The position numbers and the translations under genes are program-made. Positions 42,854 through 51,273 of a stretch of DNA of 64,000 nucleotides are shown here, piece after piece; the first letter of the stretch is position 1; every line of letters starts with the position of its first letter. This stretch comes from a virus. Taxonomy: Duplodnaviria > Caudoviricetes. The DNA lies in IMG/VR virus record IMGVR_UViG_3300024232_000009, positions 24,243 through 88,242 of that record. One strand, written 5' to 3'. Under the pieces are notes generated by a model that ran no database searches, was not told the origin of the DNA, and was given only the letters and a program-made list of their open reading frames with translations.

Positions 42854-44340
42854 CAGCGCCAGTTCCCCGCCAACAAATCATCACCCATCGCCGCGGCTGC
42901 ATCCCTGGCCTGCGTCGGCGTGCTGTAGCGTCCGGTGAATTTGTCGAACTCCATCGTCGCTAGCGTCGATCTCGACCCCCACCGTCGTGCCCTGGACTTC
43001 CACAGGTGCAACTCAGCTACCCCAGGATCCGGACTGTGCACGGTCAGGCCGAGGTCTGTCCGGTTCACCCAGTTGGCGCTTCCGGACATATCGTAGGGCC
43101 CCGGGGCGGCGCGCTTTTCATTCGGCCGCAAAGGCATCGGCTTGGCTGGGTGCGCGATTACCCACACGTTGCAGCCGTGGCGCAGCGCGAAAGCCTTCAA
43201 CCGCTGGAGACACAGCCCGATGTAATCCGTCTCGGACATGCCCGCTCGGTCCTGGTCGACCTCATTCCACGGATCGATCAGAAAGTCCGTCGTCCCCTCC
43301 CGTAGAACACAAGCCCGCGCGCGCTCGAGCAGCCAATTCACCGACGGCGCTTTGTCTTCGGCATCACAGACCAGCATCGTCACTTTGTCGGCCAGGAACG
43401 CTTCTGCTTCCTCGATGTCGGCCGCCGTCATCGACGGAATTCGGTCCATCTCGTAGAACGGCTTCCCGATGTATGCTTCAGCGCATTCCGCCGCGAATTG
43501 CTCCCATGGCTGGCTTTCCGGCGAAAACACGCACCAGCGTCGATTGTGGTTCGCCGCGGTGTGAACCATCACGTAGCGGGTCCAATTCGTTTTGCCATGA
43601 CCAGGCCATCCGGTCACCACGATCAAGCGGCCTTCCATCGGCAGCTTCAGCACGTAATCGCTCGCCGCCGTCCCTGTCGTCATCACCCCGGGCGGCGGCA
43701 GGCTGCGCAGCATTGCCAGGGTTCCACGCCTGATTCGGTGCATCCCTTCGATCGGATATGGCGTGGCGTCCTCAACCCCCTTCGTGACCAGTTCAGGATC
43801 ATCCAGGAGCGCAGCGAAAGGCGACCCGGCCGAAATCCAGCACCGATGCCGCCCTAACCGTCGCGCCGTCTCTTCGCGCTGCGCGACGTCGTCGCCGAAG
43901 GCCAGGATCACGCGATGCGTGGGTGCGATCTGATCCGCGTGCGCAGCCAGCGCATCCGCCCGGGTCGAAGACACACCGCCGGCCACTCCGCACTCAGCCA
44001 GCGCCAGCACATCCAACTCAGTCTGGCACCAAACGATCGGCTCAATGCCAGCGAACGCCGCCGCATTGAATACCGCTGCCACCTTGGGATTTTCCAAAAC
44101 CGAGGCATCGCCCTTCCGTGCGAACAGGACGCGATTGACCGGAATGCCCTTGCTCGTGAGCGTCAATGCGATCGCATCGACTTCACCGACTTTGGGATCG
44201 AACGTCCAACGCGCGGCTTCCGCGCCGAAAGCATCCACCACGCGCGCGCCGATCTTCCGATCAGCGAACCACACGTACACCCAATCCGGCTTTGCCTCGG
44301 CGCGAGGGCTTGTGTCCCAGAAATCAGGCTTTTCTTGCAC
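42853..44340 (-). CDS. T7 gp4/Twinkle-like SF4 helicase with degenerate TOPRIM domain
   Basis: Walker A GWPGHGKT, FLIDPWNEV, VIAHPAK, SGSANW...D.GL.VH; primase acidic motifs eroded. Confidence 0.85.
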   Translation of the reverse strand: MQEKPDFWDTSPRAEAKPDWVYVWFADRKIGARVVDAFGAEAARWTFDPKVGEVDAIALTLTSKGIPVNRVLFARKGDASVLENPKVAAVFNAAAFAGIEPIVWCQTELDVLALAECGVAGGVSSTRADALAAHADQIAPTHRVILAFGDDVAQREETARRLGRHRCWISAGSPFAALLDDPELVTKGVEDATPYPIEGMHRIRRGTLAMLRSLPPPGVMTTGTAASDYVLKLPMEGRLIVVTGWPGHGKTNWTRYVMVHTAANHNRRWCVFSPESQPWEQFAAECAEAYIGKPFYEMDRIPSMTAADIEEAEAFLADKVTMLVCDAEDKAPSVNWLLERARACVLREGTTDFLIDPWNEVDQDRAGMSETDYIGLCLQRLKAFALRHGCNVWVIAHPAKPMPLRPNEKRAAPGPYDMSGSANWVNRTDLGLTVHSPDPGVAELHLWKSRARRWGSRSTLATMEFDKFTGRYSTPTQARDAAAAMGDDLLAGNWR

Positions 44341-44737
44341 GTTGACGCTCCCTGGTCAGATGATCTCGGTAAGGTTTTGAAATCGCGCCGAAGGTCAGAC
44401 GCATCCGTTCTGGATCGGAGCAACGAGACGCCAGACCGTCGTAAAACCGGGCTGGATTGTCGGCGATCGCCGCGTCCATGCGCATCTCGATCACGGCCAC
44501 GCGATCGTCAGCTTTTTCGATTTCCCGCCAGACTGTTTCTCCGATCCAGTCGATCAAACGATCTTGATCCCTCGACGAGAGCATAGGGGAACCCAACTTT
44601 CGAGCCAGAGTGATGACCTCGTCCTTGGCGATCCACGGCTCGATAAATTCCAGCGCCACGAAGAACGCCTGCACCCTCGCTGCCTCTTTGAGACGCGGCA
44701 CGACGTTTTCCCGGAAGTCGTCGATGATAGCCATCAA
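44324..44737 (-). CDS. Hypothetical protein in replication module
   Basis: 137 aa, coupled. Confidence 0.6.
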   Translation of the reverse strand: MMAIIDDFRENVVPRLKEAARVQAFFVALEFIEPWIAKDEVITLARKLGSPMLSSRDQDRLIDWIGETVWREIEKADDRVAVIEMRMDAAIADNPARFYDGLASRCSDPERMRLTFGAISKPYRDHLTRERQRARKA

Positions 44738-45492
44738 AGACCGTTCGACACAGTTGGAAGAAAGCTAGGGCGAGCCGGGTTTAGAAGGTCAACCGTAGCT
44801 TGGGGTTTAGAGCCCGTTCGCTCGGCCTCTTTGATGCACCAATTTTGCCAAACCTGGGACCAATTCAGTTTGATCGCTGATTGCCCGGCCTTGGACTGCC
44901 AATAATTCCGGAACACGGTGAAAACAGCGGTCGGGTTTAATCCGAGCTTTCGGGCATAGACCGCTCCCTCCGGTCCTGGCGTCCAGTCGTCAGCCAGGCG
45001 CGTGCCCTTGGTGCGCGCTCTGTCAGTCGAACGTAGTGAGACTGACTCTGCTTCTGCTTCTGCTTCTGAATATAGAGTATCACCCCCCCTAATAGGGTCA
45101 GGCGTAGGGGGGATAACATCTGGCTTCTTGGGCTCGCGGACTTTTTCCCATCGCTTTTCGACGTTCTGCCTACCAGCCTTCGCTGCTTCTTCGTCGCGTA
45201 GCATCCGGCGGGAGAAAATGGTTCCTTCCTCTGTTTTACTGAAAACTCCCGCTTCTTCCAGTTCGGCCAGGAGTCTCGAAACCTCCCTTTCCGGAGTGCC
45301 TGTTATGGTCGCCAGTTGCCTGAGAGTAGCCGTCTTCCCGTTGATGGTGACGTGGCCAAAAGGGGTCGCGTCGTGCGCGATACAAAGCATCTCAATCCAG
45401 AGACCGCGCGCCGCGAGGCCACAAGAACGGAGCGCAGGATCGCGCTGCCAGTCCTGCGGCCAGAACTTCAGCCAGCGACGATTGGCGGCCAC
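44734..45492 (-). CDS. Replication initiator protein
   Basis: N-terminal WLKFWPQDW...AARGLWIEMLC wHTH region; C-terminal DWTP...FRNYW...W...WQNW (DnaT-like). Confidence 0.8.
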   Translation of the reverse strand: MAANRRWLKFWPQDWQRDPALRSCGLAARGLWIEMLCIAHDATPFGHVTINGKTATLRQLATITGTPEREVSRLLAELEEAGVFSKTEEGTIFSRRMLRDEEAAKAGRQNVEKRWEKVREPKKPDVIPPTPDPIRGGDTLYSEAEAEAESVSLRSTDRARTKGTRLADDWTPGPEGAVYARKLGLNPTAVFTVFRNYWQSKAGQSAIKLNWSQVWQNWCIKEAERTGSKPQATVDLLNPARPSFLPTVSNGL

Positions 45493-45495
45493 GGG

Positions 45496-45822
45496 TCAGG
45501 CCGCTTGCTGCTCGACCTCGACCGCCGGCGCTTCGTCCGGCTTAGCCACCTCGACCTTCGCGGCGATCCCGGTGAAGTGGAACACGCCGAACCGCCAGCC
45601 GAGCTTGTCGGGTTCGCCAGCCAGCCGGTTGGCCTCAGTGATGGCGGATTCGAGCGATGGGTGCCGAAACGGAAACCTCGGCGGCATGTAGTGTAGTTGC
45701 TTGTGTGGCGACAGATTGATGACGATCCAGTATTCGGCGGCGTCGCCGGGCGCTTGCCCCGGGCGCATCATCTGGCGGTGCAGGTGCTTCAATAAAATCT
45801 CGTCGGATTTACGCTTTCCCAC
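45496..45822 (-). CDS. Hypothetical protein (H.S..SA..EA.RLA motif)
   Basis: GTG start 45822; paralog of 59503..59718. Confidence 0.6.
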   Translation of the reverse strand: MGKRKSDEILLKHLHRQMMRPGQAPGDAAEYWIVINLSPHKQLHYMPPRFPFRHPSLESAITEANRLAGEPDKLGWRFGVFHFTGIAAKVEVAKPDEAPAVEVEQQAA

Positions 45823-45875
45823 GGTAACCCCCTGTGTCGTCCAGGTTAACGGTTGATGACCGTTGCGGACCGGGG

Positions 45876-45904
45876 TTGCAATTCGTGGGAAACGCCAATA
45901 AATT
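45876..45904 (+). promoter_or_regulatory. sigma70-like promoter, antisense to the replication operon
   Basis: TTGCAA-N17-TAAATT. Confidence 0.55.
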
Positions 45905-45910
45905 ATGGCC

Positions 45911-46031
45911 TTCAAACACGAACTGTTCGACCGGTGTATTCGGTCAGCATGCTCGGAAGGTCTGGACAACCAACCGAGCGCCCTCATCAGACTACTGAAA
46001 GGCCGATGGCGTCAAGCCTCGGCCCTTTTCA
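45911..46031 (+). ncRNA. Candidate small RNA (~120 nt) between promoter and terminator
   Basis: Hairpins GACCG/CGGTC and GCTCGG/CCGAGC, ending at a terminator hairpin. Confidence 0.45.
45997..46030. terminator. Possibly bidirectional terminator hairpin
   Basis: GAAAGGCCGA-N12-TCGGCCCTTTTC. Confidence 0.55.
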
Positions 46032-46075
46032 TTTGTATCACACGCAAAATAGCCCGTGCGTCGGCCGCGTGGCCT

Positions 46076-46957
46076 TCACTGTTCGTTTTCCATCATGTGC
46101 AAAGCACGTTTTCTTGCCTCACGGGCAAGACATCCAGCGCTAATGCGAGCCCGCGCTTCCGGTGACCGTGTCCGCCCGCGATTGGATGCGGCAGCCTGCT
46201 CTCTGGACGCTTTTGACTGCGGTGGCCTGCCTCTGATCCCTTCCATGAACCGGTCCCGAGTATCCGGATCAGACCATGCCAGCGAGACACCTTCACCTAC
46301 CCGCTTTCGAAATTCCGGGTCACTGGCGACCTGTTTGCGGGACGCCAACAGCCTTGATCGGCTATCTGGGTCAGTCCAGGCGGCCAGCGCCATACCCTTC
46401 ATGTGGTCACTTCCAGCAGCTTCAGCTTGAGCAACTGCGGCCGCCCGGATTTTCTCGATCGTTTCGGAGGACATATTGAGGCTTCGCTGGCGCAGCGCTT
46501 CTAACTGTTCAGGATCAGAGAATTGTCGCAGCGCGTTCCTGCGAGCGATTTCTCGCTGATCCACTTGAGACCAACGCCTCTCGGCCGCCCGCCTGCAATT
46601 CTCTCGCTGTTCTTCCGTTGCCTTTCTGCCGTAGGTTCCTTCGCCGCCGGCCGTCAGGTTGGTGAGCATCGCACCGGCTTCGCGACAATAGGTTATCCAG
46701 AAGGCTTCACGTTCAGCCCAATCATCCGCAGCCCGTTCGAGGGCAGAGATGGTTGGCCGAACGCCATCGACCGTAAGTGTCCTGATCCATCTTGCTACCC
46801 ACAGATCGTAGCGCCCACTCCTCGGGTTCACTGCCTTGGTGAAATGCCCAGCGAGGCGTTTGTGGAGCGGCGATATGGTCTTGCCGATATACCGGATAGT
46901 CAAGAGACTATTTTGGTCCTCGCGCGGGTCCCGCAAAGCGTAAATCGTCGTGACCAT
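46076..46957 (-). CDS. GIY-YIG homing endonuclease with NUMOD3-like repeats
   Basis: TIYAL...RYIGKT, EREAFWI, LTNLTAGGEG; C-terminal S.E.R..IS repeats. Confidence 0.85.
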   Translation of the reverse strand: MVTTIYALRDPREDQNSLLTIRYIGKTISPLHKRLAGHFTKAVNPRSGRYDLWVARWIRTLTVDGVRPTISALERAADDWAEREAFWITYCREAGAMLTNLTAGGEGTYGRKATEEQRENCRRAAERRWSQVDQREIARRNALRQFSDPEQLEALRQRSLNMSSETIEKIRAAAVAQAEAAGSDHMKGMALAAWTDPDSRSRLLASRKQVASDPEFRKRVGEGVSLAWSDPDTRDRFMEGIRGRPPQSKASREQAAASNRGRTRSPEARARISAGCLAREARKRALHMMENEQ

Positions 46958-47032
46958 CTACTGCCCGTCGTTCAGCGTAAAGCCGAGTGTGTTCAGCATG
47001 ATGCACTCGGTTGGTCTTGGCCATCCACTGTC

Positions 47033-47332
47033 TTACCCTCCATCGCAACCAGCCCAGACGTGCTTCTCGATGATGTCCGATAGGTGCAGGTCATCGGGCC
47101 AATCGTTGTCTCCATGCTCGACGCAAATTCGACGGCACGTTGCTACCGCCTCCTCTCGTTCGGAGATCAAGCGGCCGAGTTGCCATTCCGGCGCGTCGCG
47201 CCCCAGCCCACGCAAAGCGGTCGCCAGCATTTCCAGGTAGACCCGACGCTGGCCAGCCAGGTAGCCGTTCTCGAAGGGGTTATCTTCGGGCGCGCTCGGT
47301 TGGTTAATGGGGTTTGTCACTTGCCGCCTCAC
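47033..47332 (-). CDS. Hypothetical protein
   Basis: C..HGDNDWPDDLHLSDIIEKH; start uncertain. Confidence 0.55.
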   Translation of the reverse strand: MRRQVTNPINQPSAPEDNPFENGYLAGQRRVYLEMLATALRGLGRDAPEWQLGRLISEREEAVATCRRICVEHGDNDWPDDLHLSDIIEKHVWAGCDGG

Positions 47333-47558
47333 CTTGGTCGAGCAGAAACGTGACCCGGCAACTACCGTTCATCGCACAGCCGCCGCGCCATTCTTTGTCC
47401 AGCGCCGCAAGTTGCTGGCGCAGGCTTTCGACCTCCGCTTTGGCTTGCATAAACAGATTGTAATAATGGATGGAGTTGTCTGGTTTGGGCGGCGCGCAGC
47501 GATGTCCGCAATCGGCGCAAACGTCGTCCGGCATCGGACACTTGGCTGTATCGGTCAT
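47304..47558 (-). CDS. Hypothetical Cys-containing coiled-coil protein
   Basis: TAATG overlap. Confidence 0.5.
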   Translation of the reverse strand: MTDTAKCPMPDDVCADCGHRCAPPKPDNSIHYYNLFMQAKAEVESLRQQLAALDKEWRGGCAMNGSCRVTFLLDQGEAASDKPH

Positions 47559-47752
47559 TAGCCGTCCTCCATTGCTCGGTGTGTCTGATGCAGGATGGAT
47601 GACAGGCAGTAGACGGCGTGCTTCACTGTGATTGGCGGCTCATCGATCGGCACGGTCATCGTCACGACTGTTCCATCCGGGAATCGCCAGTTTTCAGTGC
47701 GCCCGTCTGTGACCGTCAAGCGGACAAGATTACTCGTTTCAGAGTTTGGCAC
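47558..47752 (-). CDS. Hypothetical protein
   Basis: 64 aa, GGAG RBS. Confidence 0.5.
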   Translation of the reverse strand: MPNSETSNLVRLTVTDGRTENWRFPDGTVVTMTVPIDEPPITVKHAVYCLSSILHQTHRAMEDG

Positions 47753-47981
47753 GGTCGATTGACTCCTTGGCGTTGGTCAGGTGTCGTGCGAGTTCGGACG
47801 CCTCTTCCGGTTGAAGCCAGAGGTTGATCTCGCCGCAGTCCATTTGAACGGTGATGGTCACGATCGGCGCATACCCTCCCGTCTCGCCTTCGATCTTGAG
47901 GAAGTCTCCGCTTCGCCGGAACACCTCGCCGTGATAGCGGACGGAACCGCGAGCCAGTGCCGTTCGATTTGTCACTCCCAT
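47739..47981 (-). CDS. Hypothetical protein
   Basis: 80 aa. Confidence 0.5.
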   Translation of the reverse strand: MGVTNRTALARGSVRYHGEVFRRSGDFLKIEGETGGYAPIVTITVQMDCGEINLWLQPEEASELARHLTNAKESIDRAKL

Positions 47982-48199
47982 CTGATGTTCTCCACGAGCT
48001 TCGCGGCCTCCCGATCGGCTTCATTCATTTCCTGGGCAGACCAAACGGGAGCGCCCAAGGCACGCATGATCGCATCGCGCTGTGCGGCGCTGGAGCACTG
48101 AAGGTAAAGACCGGGAGAATCGTTGTCAGGTTGAAATTGCCAAGGCTCTAGCTGTGGCAGGTCGCTCGGTTGGTTAGAGCCTTTGTCGCTTTCACTCAT
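47972..48199 (-). CDS. Hypothetical protein
   Basis: 75 aa, ATGA overlap. Confidence 0.5.
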   Translation of the reverse strand: MSESDKGSNQPSDLPQLEPWQFQPDNDSPGLYLQCSSAAQRDAIMRALGAPVWSAQEMNEADREAAKLVENIRWE

Positions 48200-48426
48200 C
48201 GGTCGAGCCTCCTCAAAATCATCCTGGCGATTGCCCGGTCACGCCAATCCGGTCGGAAATAGATACTTGTCCGAAATTCCTCATCGCGGATGTTTTGACC
48301 ATCCGCGATCACCGCGGCGATTTCCTCAACCTCGGCGGCACGGTCGCGGCGCTGAGCGCACCCGAGCAGGGCAAAAACACAGACCAGGGCCGCGAATGGC
48401 CGCAGGCGGCTCGTATCAGATGGCAT
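48196..48426 (-). CDS. Putative lipoprotein
   Basis: Signal peptide with lipobox LLGC; AAAGGA RBS. Confidence 0.5.
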   Translation of the reverse strand: MPSDTSRLRPFAALVCVFALLGCAQRRDRAAEVEEIAAVIADGQNIRDEEFRTSIYFRPDWRDRAIARMILRRLDR

Positions 48427-48604
48427 CGGCGTTCCTTTCACGGGTCTCTAGTTGCAGTTCGACATACCCGTCGCGCGCGCTGGCGCACACCTGATCGTAG
48501 AGTTCCATCGCCGCATATTGGCTGGTGCAGGTGATCGTTAGCGTGACCACTTCCAGCTTGCGCTCGACGGCAAGTTGCGCCCGGCTCGGTTGGTCTGCGC
48601 TCAC
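48416..48604 (-). CDS. Hypothetical protein
   Basis: GTG 48604 (GTGA overlap). Confidence 0.5.
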   Translation of the reverse strand: MSADQPSRAQLAVERKLEVVTLTITCTSQYAAMELYDQVCASARDGYVELQLETRERNADAI

Positions 48605-48801
48605 TGTTCGTTTCTCCCCAGGATTTCGCGCTCCCGTCGATCCATCGCCTCGGCCTGGATGTGGTGGCAAATGCGACTGACCAGGATACGGCGCATGTGT
48701 TCGTCGCCTGTGCGACAGGCATCCGCATGGGCACGTGCCAGGCGGTCAATTATTATGCTTCGATCGTTCGGCTCTGGTCTTGTTTCAGGATTTGTCGCCA
48801 T
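48601..48801 (-). CDS. Hypothetical protein
   Basis: GGAG RBS; overlaps the recombinase 3' end. Confidence 0.55.
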   Translation of the reverse strand: MATNPETRPEPNDRSIIIDRLARAHADACRTGDEHMRRILVSRICHHIQAEAMDRREREILGRNEQ

Positions 48802-49441
48802 CGGCTGACTCCTTCGCTTGTGCAGCGCGGATCCGCTTGGAAATGCCCTGCTTGGTGAACCCCATGTCCTTGGCGATCTCTTCCAATGTCTCGCCCTTGT
48901 GCAGTCGGCAGATCGCCTGCTTGACCTGTTCGTCGGTGATCTGTTGACGTCGGCCCCCGAGGCGCCCCATTGATCGCGCTACAGCGAGGCCGTGGCGGGT
49001 ACGTTCGACAATCAGGTCGCGCTCCCATTCAGCCAAGGCGGCGATGAAGTTGAAAAGCAGGCGTCCGGTCGCTGTCCGGGTATCGATGTCCATAGTCAGG
49101 ACTTTGAGGTTCGCGCCTCTTTCATGGAGATCCCGCACGGTTCTCACCAGCTCGATCAGGTCGCGGCCAAGGCGGTCGATGGAGTGGACGACAAGCAGAT
49201 CACCGGCCCGAATGTCTCTCCAGCAGCCCTGCCAGCCCGCGCGGTTCATGCTGCGACCGCTTGCCTTGTCCTCCCAGATGTCGCGCGGATCGACCCCGAA
49301 CGCCTCGAGCGCATCCTTCTGTCGGCGGTTGTCCTGGTCGCCGGTCGAGACCCGCGCGTAGCCGATCATGATCGAGCCGTCTGGCAGTGTCGGGCCTCGA
49401 CGAGGGACTTCTTCAGAGGGCTCGGACGGCGTTTTCGACAT
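48785..49441 (-). CDS. Small serine recombinase (resolvase/invertase family) with C-terminal HTH
   Basis: GYARVSTGDQ (catalytic Ser), EDKASG...R, GDLLVVHSIDRLGR, ERDLIVERTRHGLAVAR..GR.GGR, HTH; start ATG 49441. Confidence 0.93.
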   Translation of the reverse strand: MSKTPSEPSEEVPRRGPTLPDGSIMIGYARVSTGDQDNRRQKDALEAFGVDPRDIWEDKASGRSMNRAGWQGCWRDIRAGDLLVVHSIDRLGRDLIELVRTVRDLHERGANLKVLTMDIDTRTATGRLLFNFIAALAEWERDLIVERTRHGLAVARSMGRLGGRRQQITDEQVKQAICRLHKGETLEEIAKDMGFTKQGISKRIRAAQAKESADGDKS

Positions 49442-49529
49442 GTCAATTCCACTATCACGGCGATAGTTGGTTGACAAGTTGGTTTCGCGACGGTATGTCC
49501 GATTTCGCAATAAGTCAACGATACGGACA
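49441..49529. promoter_or_regulatory. res-like recombinase binding region with divergent overlapping promoters
   Basis: Palindrome TGTCAA..ACTATC..GATAGT..TTGACA (49441-49476); TGTCCG-N22-CGGACA (49496-49529); plus promoter TTGACA-N17-TATGTC (49471-49499); minus promoter TTGACT-N17-TACCGT (49518-49490). Confidence 0.7.
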
Positions 49530-49753
49530 ATCGAAAATGACGACCTTTGGCCCTCGGGCGTGATGCGCTCCATCCTCAAAAATCTGGTCATGCGGACGGC
49601 AAGCCGAGTAACCCGTCCGACCCCGACTGCCGGGGTAGCTGTGGGGCGCGTCGCGCGTCCGATCTGGAGGCAGGAACCGGCGTTAATGGCTCAGTGCGGG
49701 CGATGACGTTCGGGCGCGACGATTTTTTGCGTGTAACCAAACGGACAAATGCA

Positions 49754-50068
49754 ATGAAATACCCGCCAGACATTGATCGGGAGTGCATCGCCCTCTGTGA
49801 TGCACTCAACTGTCTACCGGGTATCATGACCTTCGAGTCATGCTGTGGACACGGCATTCACCCGCATCGAATTTTCTTTAATGCCGACACTATTCAGGAC
49901 TTGCGGCCGATCGTCACGAGCACATCCAGTTCAGGATGGGCGGTCGAATGTCGGTATGCCAATGGGTCAGACACTATCTACTTCCTTCTGGAAGGCCCCC
50001 GAGGCCCGGCTGAAATGCATGGCGGAGCAAACGATCTGGCGTCCTGGATCACCAATCGCGCAACCTAA
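49754..50068 (+). CDS. Cassette gene: Tyw3/Taw3-like domain protein (tentative)
   Basis: DID..CIALCDALN.LPGI.TFESCCGHG resembles the Tyw3 N-terminal T.SSCSG motif. Confidence 0.6.
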   Translation: MKYPPDIDRECIALCDALNCLPGIMTFESCCGHGIHPHRIFFNADTIQDLRPIVTSTSSSGWAVECRYANGSDTIYFLLEGPRGPAEMHGGANDLASWITNRAT

Positions 50069-50088
50069 ACACCAAACGGAGAAATGCG

Positions 50089-50352
50089 ATGGTGCAAAGT
50101 TTCTGGCTACAAAACGGCATGGGTGGCAAGCACATCCTAGTTGATATGGGCAGCGCCGAGGAACAAGCCGTGCGCGATGCGACTGACCGACTGGCGCCGA
50201 TGCTGGGCCGCGGCAATATCCAGATTGTGGGGAATGCCAGGGTGACCGTGCGCCTCTCTCCAAAGAAGGCCGACGCCATCCTGGCGCAGTTCCCGCAGAT
50301 CGTCGCGGGAGCAGCGGGATATTGCTGGTGCACGCACGGCTGGAAACACTGA
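50089..50352 (+). CDS. Cassette gene: hypothetical protein
   Basis: 87 aa filling the interval between two repeats. Confidence 0.6.
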   Translation: MVQSFWLQNGMGGKHILVDMGSAEEQAVRDATDRLAPMLGRGNIQIVGNARVTVRLSPKKADAILAQFPQIVAGAAGYCWCTHGWKH

Positions 50353-50372
50353 GTACCAAACGGACGGAGCGA

Positions 50373-50561
50373 ATGGCCCATCACGAGACGATCGACGTCA
50401 CCTTGCCGGATCCCTTAATCGATTGCCTGGAAGCTATGCGAAAAACCGGACTGTTCGGTCTCACGACCAATGACGTCGCCAGCTATCTGATCACCCGTCA
50501 GATCGATGACATGATGCGGGCGAAGTCTCCGCTGTTGCCTGCCTCAATGATACAACCCTAA
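50373..50561 (+). CDS. Cassette gene: RHH/CopG-ParD-like small protein
   Basis: IDVTLPDPLIDCLEAMRKTGLFG...VASYLI; TAA stop lies inside the next repeat. Confidence 0.6.
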   Translation: MAHHETIDVTLPDPLIDCLEAMRKTGLFGLTTNDVASYLITRQIDDMMRAKSPLLPASMIQP

Positions 50562-50569
50562 ACGGACAA

Positions 50570-50800
50570 ATGGCCTTGAAACATCTCGCCCCGTTCGCTT
50601 TTCTGCCGTTCTGCGTGGCTCTCTCTTGCGTCCTGTTTGTTCAATGGGAGCGTGCCGACGGCGCGGAATATCGCGCCCGCGAATGGGAGCGCGTCGCCAA
50701 ACAACAGGGAGGCGCTTTGGACGAATTGATGAAGGCAGACGAGAAGCTGAAGGCAGCGACAAATCGGCTACAAATCGCCTGTGCTGCACGACAACCCTAA
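50570..50800 (+). CDS. Cassette gene: single-TM + coiled-coil protein
   Basis: N-terminal hydrophobic helix, then coiled coil; TAA stop inside the next repeat. Confidence 0.6.
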   Translation: MALKHLAPFAFLPFCVALSCVLFVQWERADGAEYRAREWERVAKQQGGALDELMKADEKLKAATNRLQIACAARQP

Positions 50801-50820
50801 ACGGACGGAGCGGAACGATT

Positions 50821-51078
50821 GTGCCACATGCCCAAAGAACATCGATTATATCAACATCAAACCCGTTTGAAGACGCGCAGCGCGGGTTACATTGGTTGTT
50901 GCGGCATCCCACCACTCAAACTGAGCCAGGCCTCTATTTCCACGGTTGGAGCAAACTGTTCGGAGAAGATCGTTGGTGGGCGGTTGATGAATTAGATCAG
51001 CCCGATTCTGACTGGACGGCCGGCGACATGCTGAAAGAAGGATGGAAATATGTGCGCCCATGGTCGGACGCAGATTGA
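50821..51078 (+). CDS. Cassette gene: Trp-rich hypothetical protein
   Basis: GTG start after GGAG; ends 4 nt before the next repeat. Confidence 0.5.
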   Translation: MPHAQRTSIISTSNPFEDAQRGLHWLLRHPTTQTEPGLYFHGWSKLFGEDRWWAVDELDQPDSDWTAGDMLKEGWKYVRPWSDAD

Positions 51079-51099
51079 GAGATCCAAACGGAAGTCTCG

Positions 51100-51273
51100 A
51101 TGCCCAAATACGTTGTCGAAATGAAGGAATGGGTCGAATACGAAACCTCGTGCGAGATCGAGGCGCGTGACCCGACCGAAGCTCGGCGACTTGCGAATGA
51201 TGAGGCGGACAGTTGGGGGCGCACCGGGCGCGTGCGCGACACCACAAAGATTGTGCGCCGCGCAAAAGACTGA
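51100..51273 (+). CDS. Cassette gene: 57-aa protein (MPKYVVEMKEW...EIEARDPTEARRLA); not in ORF track
   Basis: Exactly fills the interval between repeats 7 and 8; KY.V...V.A....EA pattern (DpnD/PcfM-like, tentative). Confidence 0.6.
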   Translation: MPKYVVEMKEWVEYETSCEIEARDPTEARRLANDEADSWGRTGRVRDTTKIVRRAKD

